Assembly: GCF_004010195.1 (NCBI RefSeq)
Contig: NC_057752.1
Coordinates: 12,226,253 to 12,290,252 of the forward strand
Length of the DNA: 64,000 bases
Reading direction: 5' to 3'
Source of the DNA: Chiloscyllium plagiosum
Taxonomy: Eukaryota
Shown: in pieces, positions 60,545-64,000 of the stretch
How positions within the stretch are numbered: position 1 is the stretch's first letter
Layout: each line of letters starts with the position of its first letter
The notes under the pieces: generated by a model
Databases searched by the model: none
What the model saw: only the letters and a program-made list of their open reading frames with translations
Told to the model about the DNA's origin: nothing
Made by a program: the position numbers and the translations under genes

Positions 60545-63370
60545 GCCATAGGGTAGGAGCAGAATTAGATCTGGCCCACCAAGACTGCTCTGCCATTTGA
60601 GAAACATCAGCCATGATCAGCTATATTTCACTTAATAAAGGGAACCTCAAAGACATTGGCTGGGCCTCTACAGCCTTTTCTAGAAGTCCCACAAATTTAC
60701 CACCCTTTGGCTAAAAGCTTCTCATCTTTATTCTAAAAAAAGTCATCCTTTCATAAATGCTGTACCTTGGAGTTCTAATCTTTAGAAGAGAAAAGATTGC
60801 TATTTCCATTCTGTCCACTAGTCAGTGACTACAATTCTGAAAGACCCCTTTATCCTTACTGCCTTCTGCCAGTCAGCCAATCCTCAATCATGCCAGTACC
60901 TTGCCCCTAATACCATGGGCATATTTCACAGCCTTCTGACTAATACCCTGTCAAAGACCTTCTGGAAATCCAGATAGATCACATCCACTGGCTCTCCTTT
61001 AACTTGCTTGTTGCCTTCTCAAAAAGGATTCTTGCAGATTTGTCACACATGACCTCCCTTTGACAGAGCAATGCTACTTAAGCTCTATTCTACTGTGTAC
61101 CAGGACGAAGATAAAGAGATTCAATACTTTAGTGACCAGAAATTAAGCTTGGTCAAAAAGGAGGCATAAGATTAAAGAAACTGAAGACAGGCAGCACCCT
61201 CTAAGAATACAAAGCTAGCAGGAAGAACCCTAAAGTAGAGAGAGCTGAAAATGGCATCAAGTGTCTTTGGCAAGCAGGAAGGAAAATCCCAAGGCCTCCT
61301 CTGAAGAGCAAAAAAGGGTAGTTAAGACCAGATAGGTCCCTCAGAACTGGAAGTAGTGGGCAAGGTCCTTTAAAGTCATTTGCATTAGTATACAAAGACA
61401 ACATAGGATGGTGAATCTCTAGTATTAATAACCTTGGCATATAGTCAGAGGAGTTGGCAGATGACAATCCCATTGCACCAAGGTAACCTTCTTTGCCATC
61501 CACTACATCTAAATTTTGTCATCTGCAAACTTCCTAACTATCCTTATTGTTCATACCCAAGTCACTTGTTCAAATGATAAGCAGTGGACCCAGCACTGAT
61601 CCTTGTGACTAGTGGTGTGCCACAGGCTCCAGTCTGAAAAATAACCCTTCACCACTCTAGTCTACCTCGGAGCCAGTTCTGTATCCAAATGGCTAGTTCC
61701 CCCTATATTCCACAAGATCTAACCTTGCTCATGAGCCTCCCATGAGGAGCCTTCATGAACACCTCACTGAAGTCAATGAGATCATGTCCACTGCTCTGCC
61801 CACTTTGAAGTGACAAATAAAACTCAGTGAGACATGACAAATCAAGTCAACTATCCTTAATAGGTCTCTGCCTGTACAAAGGAGTGTAAATCCGGTCCCT
61901 CAGGATTCTTTCCAACAACTTGCTCACCACTGTCAGGCTTACTGGCTTTTCTTACCATCTTAAAATAGTAGCACCATGTTAGCCAACCTCCAGGCTAATG
62001 GCACCTTGTCTGTGGCCATCAATAAACTAATCATTGTAAGGGGCTCAGCAATCTCATCCTAGCTTCACAGGTACACTTGATCAGGTTCTGGGATTTATCC
62101 CCTTTAAAGATATCAATCACCACCGCTATGGACATTTTTCCAAGCAGTCACCATTTATTTCCCCCACATTATGTCCTTCTCTACAGTAAACACCACAAGA
62201 TACTGGTTTAGTATCTCCATCTCCTGCGGTTCCACACAGCTACTTTGCTGATTTTTGACTGGTCCTATTCTTGCCCTTGTTACCTTTTTAAAAGAAAGAT
62301 TTATAGATCCTTTGGATTCCCCCTTAACACTATTTGCCAAAGCTGTCTCATGTCCCCTTTTTTGCCCCTCCTGATTTCCCTCTTAAGTATACTCTATGCC
62401 TTATACTCTTAGGGATTCACTCTCTGCTGTCTATACCAAACATCTGCCTCTTTCTATTCTTAACCCAAACCTCCAAAGTTCTCTAGTCATCCAACATTCC
62501 CTACACCTATCTGTCCCTCACCTTAGCAGGGGGATATTATCTCTGGACTCCTGTTATCTCCTTTATGAAACTTTCCATTTTCTAGCTGTCCTTTTTAAGC
62601 TGCAAACATCCACTCCACCTTCCCTGCCCCCCCCCACCAAAAAAAGTTGGCCTTCATGCAATTTAGAATTTCAACTTTTAGATCTGGTCTATTCCTTTAT
62701 CATTTTAAAATAGAATTGTGGTTGCTGACCCTAAAGTGCTTCCCCCACTGACACCTCAGTTACTTGCTCCGTCTTATTTCCCAAGAGTAGGTTAAGTAAT
62801 TTGCACCTTCTAATAGTAGATCCACAGACAATCAGAATTAGTGTATACTTAAATTCCCCTCTGTCCAAAGCCTTGACAGTCCCAGTCTGTTTGGAAAGTT
62901 AGAAGTCCCCCATCATTACCACCCTTTTCTTACAGAAGAGATCTCCTTGCAAGTTTCTCAATTTCCCACCCGACTATTGGAGAGTCTATAGTAAAACCCT
63001 AATGAGGTGATCAGCCTTTATCTCAGTTCACCCAACTTCCCTGGATGTATTCAAGAACATCCTCAATTAAAGCTGTAATGTTATCCCTTATCAAAAACAC
63101 CACTCCCCCTCTCTTAGCCCTTTTTTCCTATAGGATTTGTATTCTGAACACAAAGCTGTCAGTCCTGTCCATCTGAGCCATGTCTCTAATTGTTGATATC
63201 CTAGTCCCAATGTTCCTAACTGTGCCTCAAGTTCATCGGTCTTCCCAATTAGGCCTCTTGCTTTGAAGCAAGTGCAGTTTAATTTCAGTCCTACCTTGCT
63301 CTCAGCTTTGTTCCTGCCTTGACTTGCTCCTTTTCCCCAACTGATCACTTTCCTCTCCATCACCCTGGAT
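60545..63370 (-). mobile_element. Decayed CR1-clade LINE cluster (includes a plus-strand piece at ~61100-61420)
   Basis: Homology to 24531-27160. CFKARGLIGKTDELEA and CVEPQEMEILNQY relics. Confidence 0.7.
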
Positions 63371-63419
63371 CTCTTCAGCTATAGCCAAATAGAATATTGG
63401 CCTTAAATGTGGCCTAAAA

Positions 63420-64000
63420 TTCTAAGTCACCACATAATACCCAAGGAGGCTTTGCAGGAGGGTACAGAAACAGACATTGCCTGGTTTCGTGGGTATTGGC
63501 TGAAGGATTGGATAAACTTAGCTTGCTTTCACTTGAAGGATGAGGGGTGAGCTCCTGTTACAAAAATTGGAGACATGGATATTCAGTCTTTCAAGGCAGA
63601 AATGCCAGTTACTAGAGGACTTAGTTACACTTTAACCTCTAAATATTAAAGAGGGGCAAACTCTTACCACCTTGTCTAAGTGCAGAGAATGTTCTGTGAG
63701 GTGGATACAGTATGAGACATCTCTACATATATGAACAGGTAGGGAACAGAAAGATAAGGACCACTTGGAGGCAGAAGGTTTTTCCCCCCATTTGGAGAGG
63801 GCACTGTTTCTGCAGACTTGGTGAGCTGATGGGCCTGTTTGTGTTGTGTACTGTTCTTATAACAGCTGCTTTGTTGAGACTGCACCTTAAGGTTGTGCAG
63901 TTTGTCTCAATTTAAGAATGTCCTGACATGGAGGCAGTTCAAAAGAGATTCACTTGGCTGATTCCAAGGATGAGGAGAAAGGCGAGGACTGCAGCTGCTG
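63420..64000 (+). mobile_element. Very decayed CR1 3' fragments and the start of a fold-back element
   Basis: GATGGGCCTGTT tail, EAVQKRFTWLIPR, and GGAGAAAGGCGAGGACTGCAG at the window edge. Confidence 0.5.

Noticed and set aside
1..64000. Prokaryotic-type systems (operons, CRISPR arrays, defence islands)
   Set aside because: No dense ORF packing and no regularly spaced repeat-spacer array. The sequence is vertebrate repeat-rich DNA.

Overview
This is repeat-dense vertebrate genomic DNA, almost certainly from an elasmobranch (shark or ray). The evidence is many HE1-type V-SINEs, HER1/CR1 LINEs and SacSINE1-like DeuSINEs. No intact long protein-coding gene, rRNA/tRNA gene or CRISPR array is visible, and almost every ORF in the supplied track is a transposon relic or a chance frame. 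The window holds nested and decayed CR1-clade LINEs (one near full-length), L1-, Tx1- and Rex1-clade fragments, Mag-like and Gmr1-like Gypsy elements, Penelope fragments and a 290-N gap. It also holds short Penelope-derived fold-back elements with hammerhead-ribozyme cores. The most striking pattern is that a Tx1-clade LINE sits at the same ~15-bp motif (AAGAACAGGWGYGTC) in three copies of one Gypsy LTR family, four insertions in total, two of them in tandem with target duplications. This suggests a site-specific LINE that parasitises an LTR retrotransposon. The AT-rich unique tracts also carry candidate minus-strand exons (a 36-nt frame-preserving exon, a stop-containing exon and weaker microexons), so the window may be intronic or 3' sequence of an unidentified gene. 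Family names come from recognised motifs, not database searches, and most boundaries are approximate.
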